From positions 2,908 through 66,907 of the forward strand of contig JAEDFN010000002.1 of the NCBI GenBank assembly GCA_016292775.1: 64,000 bases of DNA. The letters run 5' to 3'. Below the pieces are notes generated by a model. It searched no databases. It saw nothing but the letters and a program-made list of their open reading frames with translations, and had not been told where the DNA came from. Both the position numbers and the translations under genes were made by a program. The stretch comes from Paludibacteraceae bacterium (GTDB lineage Bacteria > Bacteroidota > Bacteroidia > Bacteroidales > Paludibacteraceae). Shown here piece after piece: positions 19,493 through 28,915 of this stretch (position 1 is the stretch's first letter; every line of letters starts with the position of its first letter).

Positions 19493-21943
19493 TTATTTGA
19501 TTGAGTCGTTTTCGTTGTTGATATTCTGTAACTCAGGATTCTCTACTTTTTCGTAAGTTACTGTTTCGTAACTTATTTCAAATTCTACGCGGCGGTTTAA
19601 AGCACGACCTTTTGACGTTTTGTTATCAGCAATAGGTTTGCTTTCTCCGTAGCCTTCAGAAGTGAGTCGTTTTTCATCAATACCTTTGTTTATCAAATAG
19701 TTACGTACTGATGCGGCACGGCGTTTAGAAAGGTCTAAGTTTTTGGCTTCGTCCCCTACGTCATCTGTATGTCCACTTATAGTAAGGTTGTATTCTTCGT
19801 TAAGCTCCATTACGGCAACGATTTGGTCGAGGATAGGGTATGAAACTTTCTTGATAACATCTTTTCCTGTTTCAAATTGGATACCGTTCATAGCTTTTTT
19901 AAACAGGTTACGCACCTCTTTTTTGAGTTCCGGACAACCGAAATTGCTTGCAGGTCCCGGTTTGTCAGGGCATTTATCTTCGTCGTCATTAATTCCGTCG
20001 CCATCGGAGTCGAGAGGGCATCCGTCGTTATTAACTCTTATACCTTTAGGGGTATCAGGGCATTTGTCGAGGTAGTTTGCCACGCCGTCGCCATCGCTAT
20101 CTACCGGGCATCCGTCAGCGTCTACTTCTACGCCTTTAGGGGTATCAGGGCATTTATCGAGATAGTCTGCCACACGATCACCATCGCTGTCTATAGGGCA
20201 TCCGTTAGCGTCTACTTTTACGCCTTTAGGGGTATCAGGACATTTATCAAGGTAGTCAGGCACACTATCTTTGTCTGTGTCTACCGGGCATCCTATGCCG
20301 TCTACCTCTACGCCTGCAGGTGTGTCGGGACATTTATCGTAGCAATTATGTATTCCGTCTTTATCATCGTCGTAAATACATCCGTGTTTGTCAACCAATT
20401 CTTTGCGTTTGGCATCAGGACATTGTAAGCGAAGTAAATCCATATCTGTGTCAGGACATTTATCTTTTTTACCATACACTCCATCGCCGTCTTTGTCGCG
20501 TACGTCTTGATGGATATTTAATGCCATACCTACTTGGATATTAGTATATTGTGTGCGATATGGTAATGGTAATCTGTTATTGGCAATTTCGATTTTTTCC
20601 GATTCAACCCAAGTCCAAGAGAGTGGTATAAAGTCGGTAATCAAATACATATTAAATGGTCCGACTAGGAAGTTTACACCAAAGCCTAAATTAGAGCCTC
20701 TTCCGTTTAAGAATGAGTAACTGAATGAAGTTTTAAACCAATTTGCAGGACGGAAATTTACTGCTAATGTAAGTTCGTCATAAACATTTTTATGATTGAA
20801 ATGCAATTGGTTGACAAGACCGAAGGAAATTTTGTCTTTAAGCACTCCGTATTCGATGCCGGTAACGAAATTTGCTCTCAGCGCAGAGAAATAATTCTTT
20901 GGTTCCTCTGAAATTTCCATGCTTTCAAGAATTTCATTTCCAATTTCTTGCAATCTCTCTTGTATTACTTCGCCTGAGAGAGTGTCTCCTAAAGAATAAT
21001 CTACAAATCCATCAATATTTTGGGCTCCGTCAATAGTTCCGTTAGTGATGTTTTTGTTCCAATAGATAAAGCCGAAATCGGTAATTGCAGCGGAGAGAGT
21101 TAAGCTTTTTATCGGTTTATAAGTAAAACCGAGGTCAATAGCAGCACCATATCCGGCAGGTTTATAAAGCAGTTGAAGAAGCTCGTTTTTGCTTTGTAAA
21201 GCGATAGATTCGGTATCTATACCTCCCTCTTCGGTTCTTTCGTATGTGATTGGAAGTGATGCATTAGCATGTGCATTTGCCCTTAAAGTCCAATTCTCGC
21301 GAGATGCATCAAGTGTGAGTTTGTCCACATTTGTAGTAAAGTTTGCATAACCCATCAAAAATTTTACTTTACCTCCAACACTCCATTTTTCGTTGATGAT
21401 ATTGGTATATCCTAATGCAATATCGGAGTATAAGTTTACATCTCCACCTAATGATTTTAAGTTATAACTATTAACTTTATACTCTTCCGGGGTGCCGTAA
21501 AGTACTAACTTGAATAGGTCTTTTGGCATAAATACCGTTGCATCGGCTTTGAGTCCTAAATCAAAAGTAAAGTAGTGTTTCTTTACTTGAAATCCGAATG
21601 AGAGTATATTTAAATTCAGATTTAGATTAAATCGAGTGGAAGGACGGATATTTTTATAGAATCTGTCGATATTCTCTTGTGAGGACAAGAAATTTTCCGT
21701 CACACCATTTTTGTTAAAAACAAAGTCTTTAACAGCAAAATCATTTGTTCCGACACCTAAATATAGATTTGGTAAGACGATAAAATCGAAATAGAATTTG
21801 CAGTTTGGAGTGAAAGCCGGGTTCATCTCATTACGTTCTGCAATATCTTTCATAAAATATAGAGTGGATGTATTTTGGGAAGAGACAGATCCAACACTTA
21901 ATAATATGAATAAAAACGGTATAAGTATATTTTTAATTTTCAT
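19493..21943 (-). CDS. Outer-membrane protein: N-terminal beta-barrel-like domain, thrombospondin type-3 (TSP3) repeats and a C-terminal OmpA domain
   Basis: 816 aa. Signal peptide. About five DxDxDGxxDxxDxCP Ca-binding repeats. C-terminal OmpA-like peptidoglycan-binding motif (LSKRRAASVRNYL...NRRVEF). Confidence 0.9.
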   Translation of the reverse strand: MKIKNILIPFLFILLSVGSVSSQNTSTLYFMKDIAERNEMNPAFTPNCKFYFDFIVLPNLYLGVGTNDFAVKDFVFNKNGVTENFLSSQENIDRFYKNIRPSTRFNLNLNLNILSFGFQVKKHYFTFDLGLKADATVFMPKDLFKLVLYGTPEEYKVNSYNLKSLGGDVNLYSDIALGYTNIINEKWSVGGKVKFLMGYANFTTNVDKLTLDASRENWTLRANAHANASLPITYERTEEGGIDTESIALQSKNELLQLLYKPAGYGAAIDLGFTYKPIKSLTLSAAITDFGFIYWNKNITNGTIDGAQNIDGFVDYSLGDTLSGEVIQERLQEIGNEILESMEISEEPKNYFSALRANFVTGIEYGVLKDKISFGLVNQLHFNHKNVYDELTLAVNFRPANWFKTSFSYSFLNGRGSNLGFGVNFLVGPFNMYLITDFIPLSWTWVESEKIEIANNRLPLPYRTQYTNIQVGMALNIHQDVRDKDGDGVYGKKDKCPDTDMDLLRLQCPDAKRKELVDKHGCIYDDDKDGIHNCYDKCPDTPAGVEVDGIGCPVDTDKDSVPDYLDKCPDTPKGVKVDANGCPIDSDGDRVADYLDKCPDTPKGVEVDADGCPVDSDGDGVANYLDKCPDTPKGIRVNNDGCPLDSDGDGINDDEDKCPDKPGPASNFGCPELKKEVRNLFKKAMNGIQFETGKDVIKKVSYPILDQIVAVMELNEEYNLTISGHTDDVGDEAKNLDLSKRRAASVRNYLINKGIDEKRLTSEGYGESKPIADNKTSKGRALNRRVEFEISYETVTYEKVENPELQNINNENDSIK
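20043..20340. repeat. Exact 90-bp-period tandem repeat (about 3.3 units) encoding the TSP3 repeats
   Basis: CCTTTAGGGGTATCAGGGCATTT recurs at 20043, 20133 and 20223, with a degenerate copy at 20313. Confidence 0.9.
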
Positions 21944-21955
21944 AATTGACAGTTG

Positions 21956-23641
21956 TTATTTATTAGTGATAGAATCTAAATTTGCTGTAGCTTTAGCTTT
22001 TGCAAAAGCACTTATATGAATATTTAATCTATTATTGGCACGAATGTCAATTTTAGATTCGTTATTATATCCCGATACTTTAGCGGTTAGGTTAATTTTT
22101 TTAGTTTTGAAAAGTAGTTCGATATCATCACCTTTAAAAGGTAATAGGATATGCGATTCGCTATGGAGTTGGGCAATTCCTTCATCATTAATTGTAGCTG
22201 AAGCTATTGCTACGGAGTCTACGGAATAAACAACATTGTCGTTTTCATCGAGGAATTCGAAAGTGCCGTCAATATTTACAGGAAGTCCGTTTGCTATATC
22301 AAGATGTATGTTAATGTATTCTATATCAATTTCTTCAGGGATAATATCATCCTCTGCCAATGAACTGAAATCGGCGTCGATAGTATCCTTATATGAGAGC
22401 TCTGAAGTAGGGTTAAATTGTAGAGGTAAACGCACTTCAATGTCCATTTTCATATTCGCAGGGATGAAAGCAAATTGACGAGGAGTTTTATTGACATCGT
22501 CGATAAAAATTTTCCATTTGTAGTGTATGTCTTTTGGAAATTCCTCAAACAATTGATAAGTTTTACCATTATCTTTATCGAATTTTATTGTAGTTTTTGC
22601 AGTTTCACCGGGAGTATCTGCTCTTTTAATATCCATAGAGCAATATTTATTTCCGTTAAAATCTGCATAATATTTGTTGCCACTATTAGAGGTGGCATAT
22701 ATTTCGTCAACAAAAAATCTTACCGGTAATCCGTTGGTGTTGTACACATTCATGTATATTTCCGGATTGCTGAATAATAATTTGTTTGATACAAATAAAT
22801 CTTGATTAAAGAAATCTGTTGGTATTTCAGCATGTATTTCATCGTTTGTAATAGCCTCTTTGCTCCAGAAATAGCCATAAATAGCATTTACATCTATGGA
22901 GCTTATCTTTGTGGTGTAGTCAACTTGTAAATTCTTTTCGAAAGATAGAGAGCCATTGCTGTGAAGAGTGTAGAATAATTTTAAATTAGTTGTGTTTTTA
23001 TCATCAGAGAAATAGGCGGTAAAATTGCTCATTTCTTTTCTTATGGAACCTGTATTTGAGGTCAGTTTAATTGAAAATTGATTTTTTTCACTATTCGTAA
23101 TATTAGGGAAAACGAACATTATTTCAAGCCAATTTTCGTTTGACAAAGAGATACCGCCGACGTTGATGTCACAATTAAACTGTGCATTGGATATTGTAAC
23201 GCTATCTATTTCAATAATTTTCTCCGAGGTATTTTCGTTGTATCTGAATTCGTATGAAGATGTCGTAGTAAAGTCGTAATCTCCTGTAGGAATATTGAAT
23301 TTTCCGTCCCCTAATAGAGAAGAGAAAGGATCGAGATTTTCCAATTTTTCCGTAAATGTAACAACTTCACCGTAAGAGAAGTCATTAAGGTCGAAATTGA
23401 TGGTATTATTATTCTCTCTCCAAATATAGTATACCATATTTGTACTGCTATCTGCTTCTAAATAATCAGCGTTTACGTAATCTACCACGTCAAATAGAGA
23501 GGCGTTGAAATTGCCGATAGGCACTGCTAAAGAGGGGTTATAGGTTACTTCCATATTGTCAATATTTACCGTAGTACAACATGGTAAAATCGACATCAAT
23601 GCACAAAAAGCAAGTGCATTTCTAATTCTTTTTTTTATCAT
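21956..23641 (-). CDS. Large hypothetical lipoprotein (561 aa)
   Basis: Signal peptide with Cys-Cys lipobox (SILPCC). Asn/Ser/Thr-rich, beta-rich composition. 13 nt upstream of the OmpA/TSP3 gene. No family recognised. Confidence 0.75.
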   Translation of the reverse strand: MIKKRIRNALAFCALMSILPCCTTVNIDNMEVTYNPSLAVPIGNFNASLFDVVDYVNADYLEADSSTNMVYYIWRENNNTINFDLNDFSYGEVVTFTEKLENLDPFSSLLGDGKFNIPTGDYDFTTTSSYEFRYNENTSEKIIEIDSVTISNAQFNCDINVGGISLSNENWLEIMFVFPNITNSEKNQFSIKLTSNTGSIRKEMSNFTAYFSDDKNTTNLKLFYTLHSNGSLSFEKNLQVDYTTKISSIDVNAIYGYFWSKEAITNDEIHAEIPTDFFNQDLFVSNKLLFSNPEIYMNVYNTNGLPVRFFVDEIYATSNSGNKYYADFNGNKYCSMDIKRADTPGETAKTTIKFDKDNGKTYQLFEEFPKDIHYKWKIFIDDVNKTPRQFAFIPANMKMDIEVRLPLQFNPTSELSYKDTIDADFSSLAEDDIIPEEIDIEYINIHLDIANGLPVNIDGTFEFLDENDNVVYSVDSVAIASATINDEGIAQLHSESHILLPFKGDDIELLFKTKKINLTAKVSGYNNESKIDIRANNRLNIHISAFAKAKATANLDSITNK

Positions 23642-23665
23642 AATAATATATGTTTTGTTGATTTT

Positions 23666-25078
23666 TTATTCATTAAAAAAGAAGTTGGAGAAATTAACTA
23701 AATAGAGTTTTTCCGTGGCGCGTGTCACTGCTGTATAAAGCCATTGGTAATACTCCTTAGTAATCATTTCTCGTGTCAGGTATCCTTGGTCGATAAATAC
23801 GTGCTGCCACGCACCGCCTTGAGCTTTATGTCCGGTAATGGCGTAAGCGAATTTTACTTGAAGGGCATTATAATACTCGTTTTGTTGAGCATCTTTCCAA
23901 AATTGCTGTTTAGAAACCGGTACTTCGTAATCTTCAAGCATACCATTGAGAATTTTTGTGTTGAGCTCTTCTATAGCGGAAGCCGTGTCGGCATAGAGTG
24001 AATCGATAAGTATACGTGCCGTTACTTCCATATCATAATCTATTAAGCGCATGGTGATATCTGCAAATCGAGCTCCGTACATCTCATGAAAATGCCCGAC
24101 TCTGATTATCTCTGCAATGTCGCCATTCGCAATAAAGTCGAGATTTTCGTATGGTTTTGACCAGAAATAGTTGTTTTTTGTTATCATCAAGAAGTCACCA
24201 TTTGATAATTCACTCTCTTTCATCAGCACCTGGTTTCGTATCCCTCTATTGTATAGGGTAGCTCTTTTGTTTGAATAGGTGAGAATGATTGTGTTTTCTT
24301 GACCGACATTGGAATAAGAAGAGTTGATTAAATCAATCAATTCTTCTCCACTTACTTTTGTAATATCTTTAAAGTCAACGTCAAAATGAATAGGAGAGAT
24401 ATCGTTATTATTGATAGCATTTCTAATCATTGTGGCATTGTATAAGATGCCGCTTTCTGACGATTGACGGAGTACTTCTGTTAGATTAAAAGTCTCTGTG
24501 TCAAGTCCGTAATGCTTAATGATATCTGCATTTAATGCCGGCGAATTATGCTGAAATATTGGTGGTAATTGAGCAATATCGCCCAATAGTATCATGCAAC
24601 AATTATCTCCGGTATATATGTATTCTATTAGATCATCTAATAATTTACCGCTGCCGAATTTTGTGTTGTCTGTTGCCGTGTTGGATATCATTGATGCCTC
24701 GTCAATGATGAATACGGTATTCTTGCATTTGTTGTAGTTGATGTTGAATTCATCTGTGCCGGCAGATTTTTGTCGATATATTATTTTGTGAATACTATAT
24801 GCGCTGTGTCCGGAATAATTACTTAAGACTTTTGCTGCGCGACCTGTAGGAGCTAATAATACAGTTTTCAGTTCCGTTCGATTGAGAGCTTGTATTAAAC
24901 CGCTTATTACAGAAGTCTTTCCCGTGCCGGCATAACCATTGATAATAAATGCTTTATGCTCTGATGGCTTGCATATAAATTCAGATAACATAGAAATCAA
25001 TGTAGCCTGCTGGTGTGTAGGTTCAAAAGCCAATTGATTGGTTATTAACTGATTTAATGTTAGCGAATTCATATACAT
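23666..25078 (-). CDS. SF1 RecD/Pif1-like ATP-dependent DNA helicase
   Basis: 470 aa. Walker A GYAGTGKTS, Walker B FIIDEASM, LLGDIAQLPP, and the C-terminal AITGHKAQGGAW motif typical of RecD-like helicases. Confidence 0.85.
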   Translation of the reverse strand: MYMNSLTLNQLITNQLAFEPTHQQATLISMLSEFICKPSEHKAFIINGYAGTGKTSVISGLIQALNRTELKTVLLAPTGRAAKVLSNYSGHSAYSIHKIIYRQKSAGTDEFNINYNKCKNTVFIIDEASMISNTATDNTKFGSGKLLDDLIEYIYTGDNCCMILLGDIAQLPPIFQHNSPALNADIIKHYGLDTETFNLTEVLRQSSESGILYNATMIRNAINNNDISPIHFDVDFKDITKVSGEELIDLINSSYSNVGQENTIILTYSNKRATLYNRGIRNQVLMKESELSNGDFLMITKNNYFWSKPYENLDFIANGDIAEIIRVGHFHEMYGARFADITMRLIDYDMEVTARILIDSLYADTASAIEELNTKILNGMLEDYEVPVSKQQFWKDAQQNEYYNALQVKFAYAITGHKAQGGAWQHVFIDQGYLTREMITKEYYQWLYTAVTRATEKLYLVNFSNFFFNE

Positions 25079-25090
25079 ATAGTAAATAAT

Positions 25091-25126
25091 AGAGAGTTCT
25101 ACTTACTTGCGGGGGTAGAACTCTCT
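25091..25126 (-). terminator. Hairpin terminator after pheT
   Basis: 12-bp stem AGAGAGTTCTAC / GTAGAACTCTCT, starting 8 nt after the pheT stop. The T-run on the minus strand is weak. Confidence 0.5.
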
Positions 25127-25133
25127 ATTTTAT

Positions 25134-27593
25134 TTATCTTAATTTAGCATTTAATTTTTCTGTAAAGGCTTTGATGAGTTTTTGCATGATAGCATCTATT
25201 TGCTTGTCGGTCAAAGTCTTTTCTTTGTCTTGAAGGGTGAAGTTTACTGCATATGATTTCTTACCGGCTTCAAGATTTTTACCTTCATAAACGTCGAAAA
25301 GTGTTACGGATTTCAATAATTTTTTCTCTGTTTCAAAAGCAATACTTTCTATTTGTTTGAATTCAACAGATTTGTCGATAAGTAAAGCCAAATCTCGTTT
25401 TACTTCAGGGAATTTTGATAATTCAGTATAACTGATTTTGTGTTTGCCATATTCTTTTAAGAGTTGTTTCCATTGAATATCAGCATAGTATACCGGATTT
25501 TCGATGTCGAATTGTTTTAATAATTTCGGAGATATAATACCTATTGTAGCCAATTCTTTTTCTCCGTTTGTAGTAATAACGAGGGCTTGAGTATAGATTT
25601 CATTCGAAATTTCTTTCGTTTTTGTATTCATAATGTTTACTCCCATGCGGGTAAGGATATTATGAACGTAAGCTTTTAATTGGTAGAACGATACTTCATT
25701 CGACTTCTCACTCCAGTTTAAAGATGTTTTATTACCTGTAATCCACAATCCTAAATGATATTCTTCGGAGTAGGCACTCATATGGGATGGGTCGTCGCAC
25801 TTCTTTTCTTCGTGATAGTGGTAGCAATTACCGAATTCATAGAATTTTAAGTCCGGCATTTGGCGGTTTGCATTTCGGTTAATACTTTCCAATCCACCGA
25901 AGAGTAGTGTTTGACGCATTACATTCAAGTCTGCACTAAGGCTATTCATTATTCGCACGCATTCTTTAGCGGGATATGTGTCAAGATGCTCGTAATAGCT
26001 TGATTTTGTAAGCGAATTATTCAGTATTTCATTGAAACCGCATGCAGTAAGTTGTTCTGAAATAAGGTTTTGACATTTGTCCGGATTTACGCCTTTGCTG
26101 AAGATAAGGTTGGAGTTCAGTTTGTCGTTAATTTCTACGTTATTATATCCGTATATGCGTAGGATATCTTCAATAACATCTACATCACGCTGAACATCCA
26201 CGCGGTAAGCGGGAACTTCTAATTTGTAAGTGCCGTTTTCTTTAGAAATAATTTGTATCTCCAAGCCCTCTAATATCCTTTCTATTTCAGCCTCTTCCAA
26301 ATTTTTACCTATCAACGATTGAATTTTGTTTAAAGTAACTGTAACGGAGAAGTTATCAATTTTATTTGGATAAATATCTTGAATATCAGAAGATATCTCA
26401 CCTCCGGTAAACTCTTTGATAAGCATTGCGGCATATTTAAGAACGTAGATAGTGTTGTGAGGGTCGATTCCGCGTTCGTATCTGAAACTTGCGTCGGTAT
26501 TTAGTCCGAATCTATGTGCGGTTTTACGTATTGATACAGGGTTAAAATAGGCCGATTCTATGAAAATATTTTTAGTGTTTTCTGTAACTCCCGAGTCTAA
26601 TCCGCCGAAAACACCACCGATACACATTGGCTCTTCAGCATTGCAAATCATTAAATCTTCGGCGTTTAGGTTACGCTCTACACCATCGAGGGTGACGAAT
26701 TTTGTGCCTTCGGCTACGGTGCAAACGTTAATTTCCCCTCCTTTAATTTTGTCGGCATCAAAGGCATGAAGAGGTTGTCCGAAAGCATGTAGGATATAGT
26801 TTGTGGCATCAACAACGTTGTTTATAGGTCTTAATCCTATCACTTGCAATGCATTTTTGAGCCAGTCCGGCGACTCTTTTACTGTTGCATTGGTTACGGT
26901 AATGCCGGAATATCTCGGGCAACGAGTTGCATCTACTTTGTCAATTTTTATTTCAAGAGAGTGGTTGTCGATTTTAAAATCGTCTACCGATGGTTTTGTA
27001 AGTTTATAGTCTATACCGTGAGCATGGCAATAGGCGGCAAGGTCACGCGCTACACCATAATGGGATGTTGCATCCGAGCGATTCGGAGTAATATCCACTT
27101 CGATAAGAGTGTCGTTCTCGATATGGAAATAATCTTTTGCTTCCATTCCTACAGGGGTATCGTTTGGTAGAACCATGATACCATCGTGAGATTTGCCAAC
27201 ACCAATTTCATCTTCGGCGCAAATCATACCAAAAGATTCCACGCCTCTTATTTTTGATTTTTTTATTGTAAAACTCTCTTCACCGCTATAAAGTACAGTA
27301 CCTATTGTTGCAACGATTACTTTTTGACCGGCTGCTACGTTTGGGGCTCCGCATACTATTTGTAGCGGCTCTTGGCCTATTGTTACCGTAGTTACGTGTA
27401 GATGGTCGGAATTTTCGTGGTTTACGCAGGTTAATACTTCCCCTACTACGAGACCTTTTAATCCGCCTTTTATGCTTTCTACCTCTTCTACACAACCTAC
27501 TTCCAAACCAATAGATGTTAATATTTTTGCAATTTCTTCTGCTGTTAAGTTAGTAGTAATGTACTTTTTAAGCCAATTGTATGATATGTTCAT
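25134..27593 (-). CDS. pheT: Phenylalanine--tRNA ligase beta subunit
   Basis: 819 aa. MNISYNWLKKYI N-terminus with tRNA-binding, B3/4, B5 and anticodon-binding-like regions in the usual order. Confidence 0.96.
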   Translation of the reverse strand: MNISYNWLKKYITTNLTAEEIAKILTSIGLEVGCVEEVESIKGGLKGLVVGEVLTCVNHENSDHLHVTTVTIGQEPLQIVCGAPNVAAGQKVIVATIGTVLYSGEESFTIKKSKIRGVESFGMICAEDEIGVGKSHDGIMVLPNDTPVGMEAKDYFHIENDTLIEVDITPNRSDATSHYGVARDLAAYCHAHGIDYKLTKPSVDDFKIDNHSLEIKIDKVDATRCPRYSGITVTNATVKESPDWLKNALQVIGLRPINNVVDATNYILHAFGQPLHAFDADKIKGGEINVCTVAEGTKFVTLDGVERNLNAEDLMICNAEEPMCIGGVFGGLDSGVTENTKNIFIESAYFNPVSIRKTAHRFGLNTDASFRYERGIDPHNTIYVLKYAAMLIKEFTGGEISSDIQDIYPNKIDNFSVTVTLNKIQSLIGKNLEEAEIERILEGLEIQIISKENGTYKLEVPAYRVDVQRDVDVIEDILRIYGYNNVEINDKLNSNLIFSKGVNPDKCQNLISEQLTACGFNEILNNSLTKSSYYEHLDTYPAKECVRIMNSLSADLNVMRQTLLFGGLESINRNANRQMPDLKFYEFGNCYHYHEEKKCDDPSHMSAYSEEYHLGLWITGNKTSLNWSEKSNEVSFYQLKAYVHNILTRMGVNIMNTKTKEISNEIYTQALVITTNGEKELATIGIISPKLLKQFDIENPVYYADIQWKQLLKEYGKHKISYTELSKFPEVKRDLALLIDKSVEFKQIESIAFETEKKLLKSVTLFDVYEGKNLEAGKKSYAVNFTLQDKEKTLTDKQIDAIMQKLIKAFTEKLNAKLR

Positions 27594-27676
27594 ATTTATA
27601 AAATGTTGTTAATTAACTATTTAACAGGTGGTGTGACATTGTGTTTCGTTGAAAATTGATATTGCACACCTAAGTA

Positions 27677-27684
27677 CAAAGTTA
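27677..27684 (-). promoter_or_regulatory. Candidate -7 box (TAACTTTG) for pheT
   Basis: Minus-strand TAACTTTG about 85 nt upstream of the pheT ATG. Confidence 0.4.
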
Positions 27685-27721
27685 GTTATTTTTTTTGTTA
27701 TTATGTTGATTATTACTAAAA

Positions 27722-27763
27722 AAAAGAGGTTATGCCACATTTTTTATTGACACAACCTCTTTT
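27722..27763 (-). terminator. Rho-independent terminator after tRNA-Pro
   Basis: AAAAGAGGTT...AACCTCTTTT hairpin, followed on the minus strand by a T8 run. About 30 nt after the tRNA 3' end. Confidence 0.65.
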
Positions 27764-27792
27764 TAGGTGATAAAATTCTAGTAATGATTTTG

Positions 27793-27867
27793 TCGGGATA
27801 CCGGGATTTGAACCCGGGACCTCTTGCTCCCGAAGCAAGCGCGCTAACCGGGCTGCGCTACATCCCG
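27793..27867 (-). tRNA. tRNA-Pro (anticodon CGG)
   Basis: 75-nt cloverleaf folded by hand: acceptor CGGGATG/TATCCCG, D stem GCGC/GCGC, anticodon stem CTTGC/GCAAG with loop TTCGGGA, and T arm CCGGG-TTCAAAT-CCCGG. Discriminator is A. CCA is not encoded. Confidence 0.93.
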
Positions 27868-27888
27868 ATCATTGATTTTTTGCGAGTG

Positions 27889-27896
27889 CAAAGTTA
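27889..27896 (-). promoter_or_regulatory. Candidate -7 box (TAACTTTG) for tRNA-Pro
   Basis: Minus-strand TAACTTTG ending 22 nt upstream of the mature tRNA 5' end. Confidence 0.5.
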
Positions 27897-27982
27897 CTGT
27901 TTTTATTAATAAGTTACGCAATTTTTCTTTAGGAAATTTTATGCACTTTGTATCTATTTGATTATTAGTTTTTTTTGTGTTG

Positions 27983-28906
27983 TTAATTTTGTGAATTTAT
28001 ATATTCCATACACTCTTTTACTCTATTATCTACGTCTTGAGTTCCGTCAATCCAATGAATTTTTATTCCTCTTTTTTCCATTCCTCTAAACCAAGTCATC
28101 TGTCTTTTTGCGAATTGGTGAATAGCGATTTCTAATAATTTTACCATTTCGTTGTATTGCAATTCTCCTATCAAGTATTGCGTGATGAATTTGTATTCCA
28201 ATCCGTAGTATATTAAATCATCGGGTTTTATACCGGAATCCAATAAATTTTTTACCTCTTCTACCATTCCTGTATTGAGGCGTTGTATCAGTCGGTCGGA
28301 AATTCTTTTTCTACGTAATTCTCTATCCACGTCAACGCCGATAATTATGGAGTCAATACCCTTTAAATCAGTAGGTTTTTCGTTGTGTTTATAATAGTAG
28401 TCGGCTATTTCTATAGCTCTAATAGCTCGTTGTTTCGTTTCTAAATCTGTAGTATTATGTGCTTTATAGTCGGGGTAACTTTGAAGTATAGCAGCTAATT
28501 CGTCGATAGTTTTATCTTTTAATTTCTGTCTTAACTCTTCATTGGGTTTGATTTCTATCATATTATATCCTTTGAGCACGGTTTCGAGATATAATCCGCT
28601 ACCACCGCAAAGGATAGCTTGTTTTCCCCTTTGTTCAATATCATTCTTGGCTTTATGAAAATCCCGGTAAAATTCGTAGATGTTATATTTATATCCGGCG
28701 GGGCGGATATCAATAAGATGGTATGGTATTTTTATTCCGTTAATAGTATAGTCGTCAATATCTTTACCGGTGCCGATATCCATACCTTTGTATATTTGAC
28801 GTGAGTCGCCACTAATAATCTCGCCGTTCATCTTTAGAGCAAGGTGAGCGGCGAGAGTAGTTTTTCCTGTAGCTGTTGCACCTAATATTGTGATGAGTTT
28901 GTGCAT
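27983..28906 (-). CDS. miaA: tRNA dimethylallyltransferase
   Basis: 307 aa. P-loop GATATGKT and DSRQIYKGMDIGTGK. Confidence 0.95.
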   Translation of the reverse strand: MHKLITILGATATGKTTLAAHLALKMNGEIISGDSRQIYKGMDIGTGKDIDDYTINGIKIPYHLIDIRPAGYKYNIYEFYRDFHKAKNDIEQRGKQAILCGGSGLYLETVLKGYNMIEIKPNEELRQKLKDKTIDELAAILQSYPDYKAHNTTDLETKQRAIRAIEIADYYYKHNEKPTDLKGIDSIIIGVDVDRELRRKRISDRLIQRLNTGMVEEVKNLLDSGIKPDDLIYYGLEYKFITQYLIGELQYNEMVKLLEIAIHQFAKRQMTWFRGMEKRGIKIHWIDGTQDVDNRVKECMEYINSQN

Positions 28907-28915
28907 AAGCTTATT

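Noticed and set aside
20043-20340. Possible CRISPR-like regular repeat
   Set aside because: The period is 90 bp with no unique spacers and lies entirely within a coding sequence (TSP3 protein repeats). There are no cas genes in the window.
19877-20428. 183-aa + strand ORF (plus 19743-20075 and 20320-20544) inside the OmpA/TSP3 gene
   Set aside because: It is antisense to a well-supported 816-aa CDS. The open frame is a by-product of the 90-bp repeat, and its product is low-complexity with no start context.
27594-27676. GGTGTG...CACACC hairpin in the pheT leader as a possible Phe-responsive attenuator
   Set aside because: The stem is only 6 bp with a 30-nt loop. There is no Phe-rich leader ORF, no T-box features and no following U-run.
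27793-27867. tRNA-Pro as an integration hotspot or genomic-island border
   Set aside because: There is no integrase, no direct repeat of the tRNA 3' end and no compositional break. The flanking genes (pheT, miaA) are core genes.
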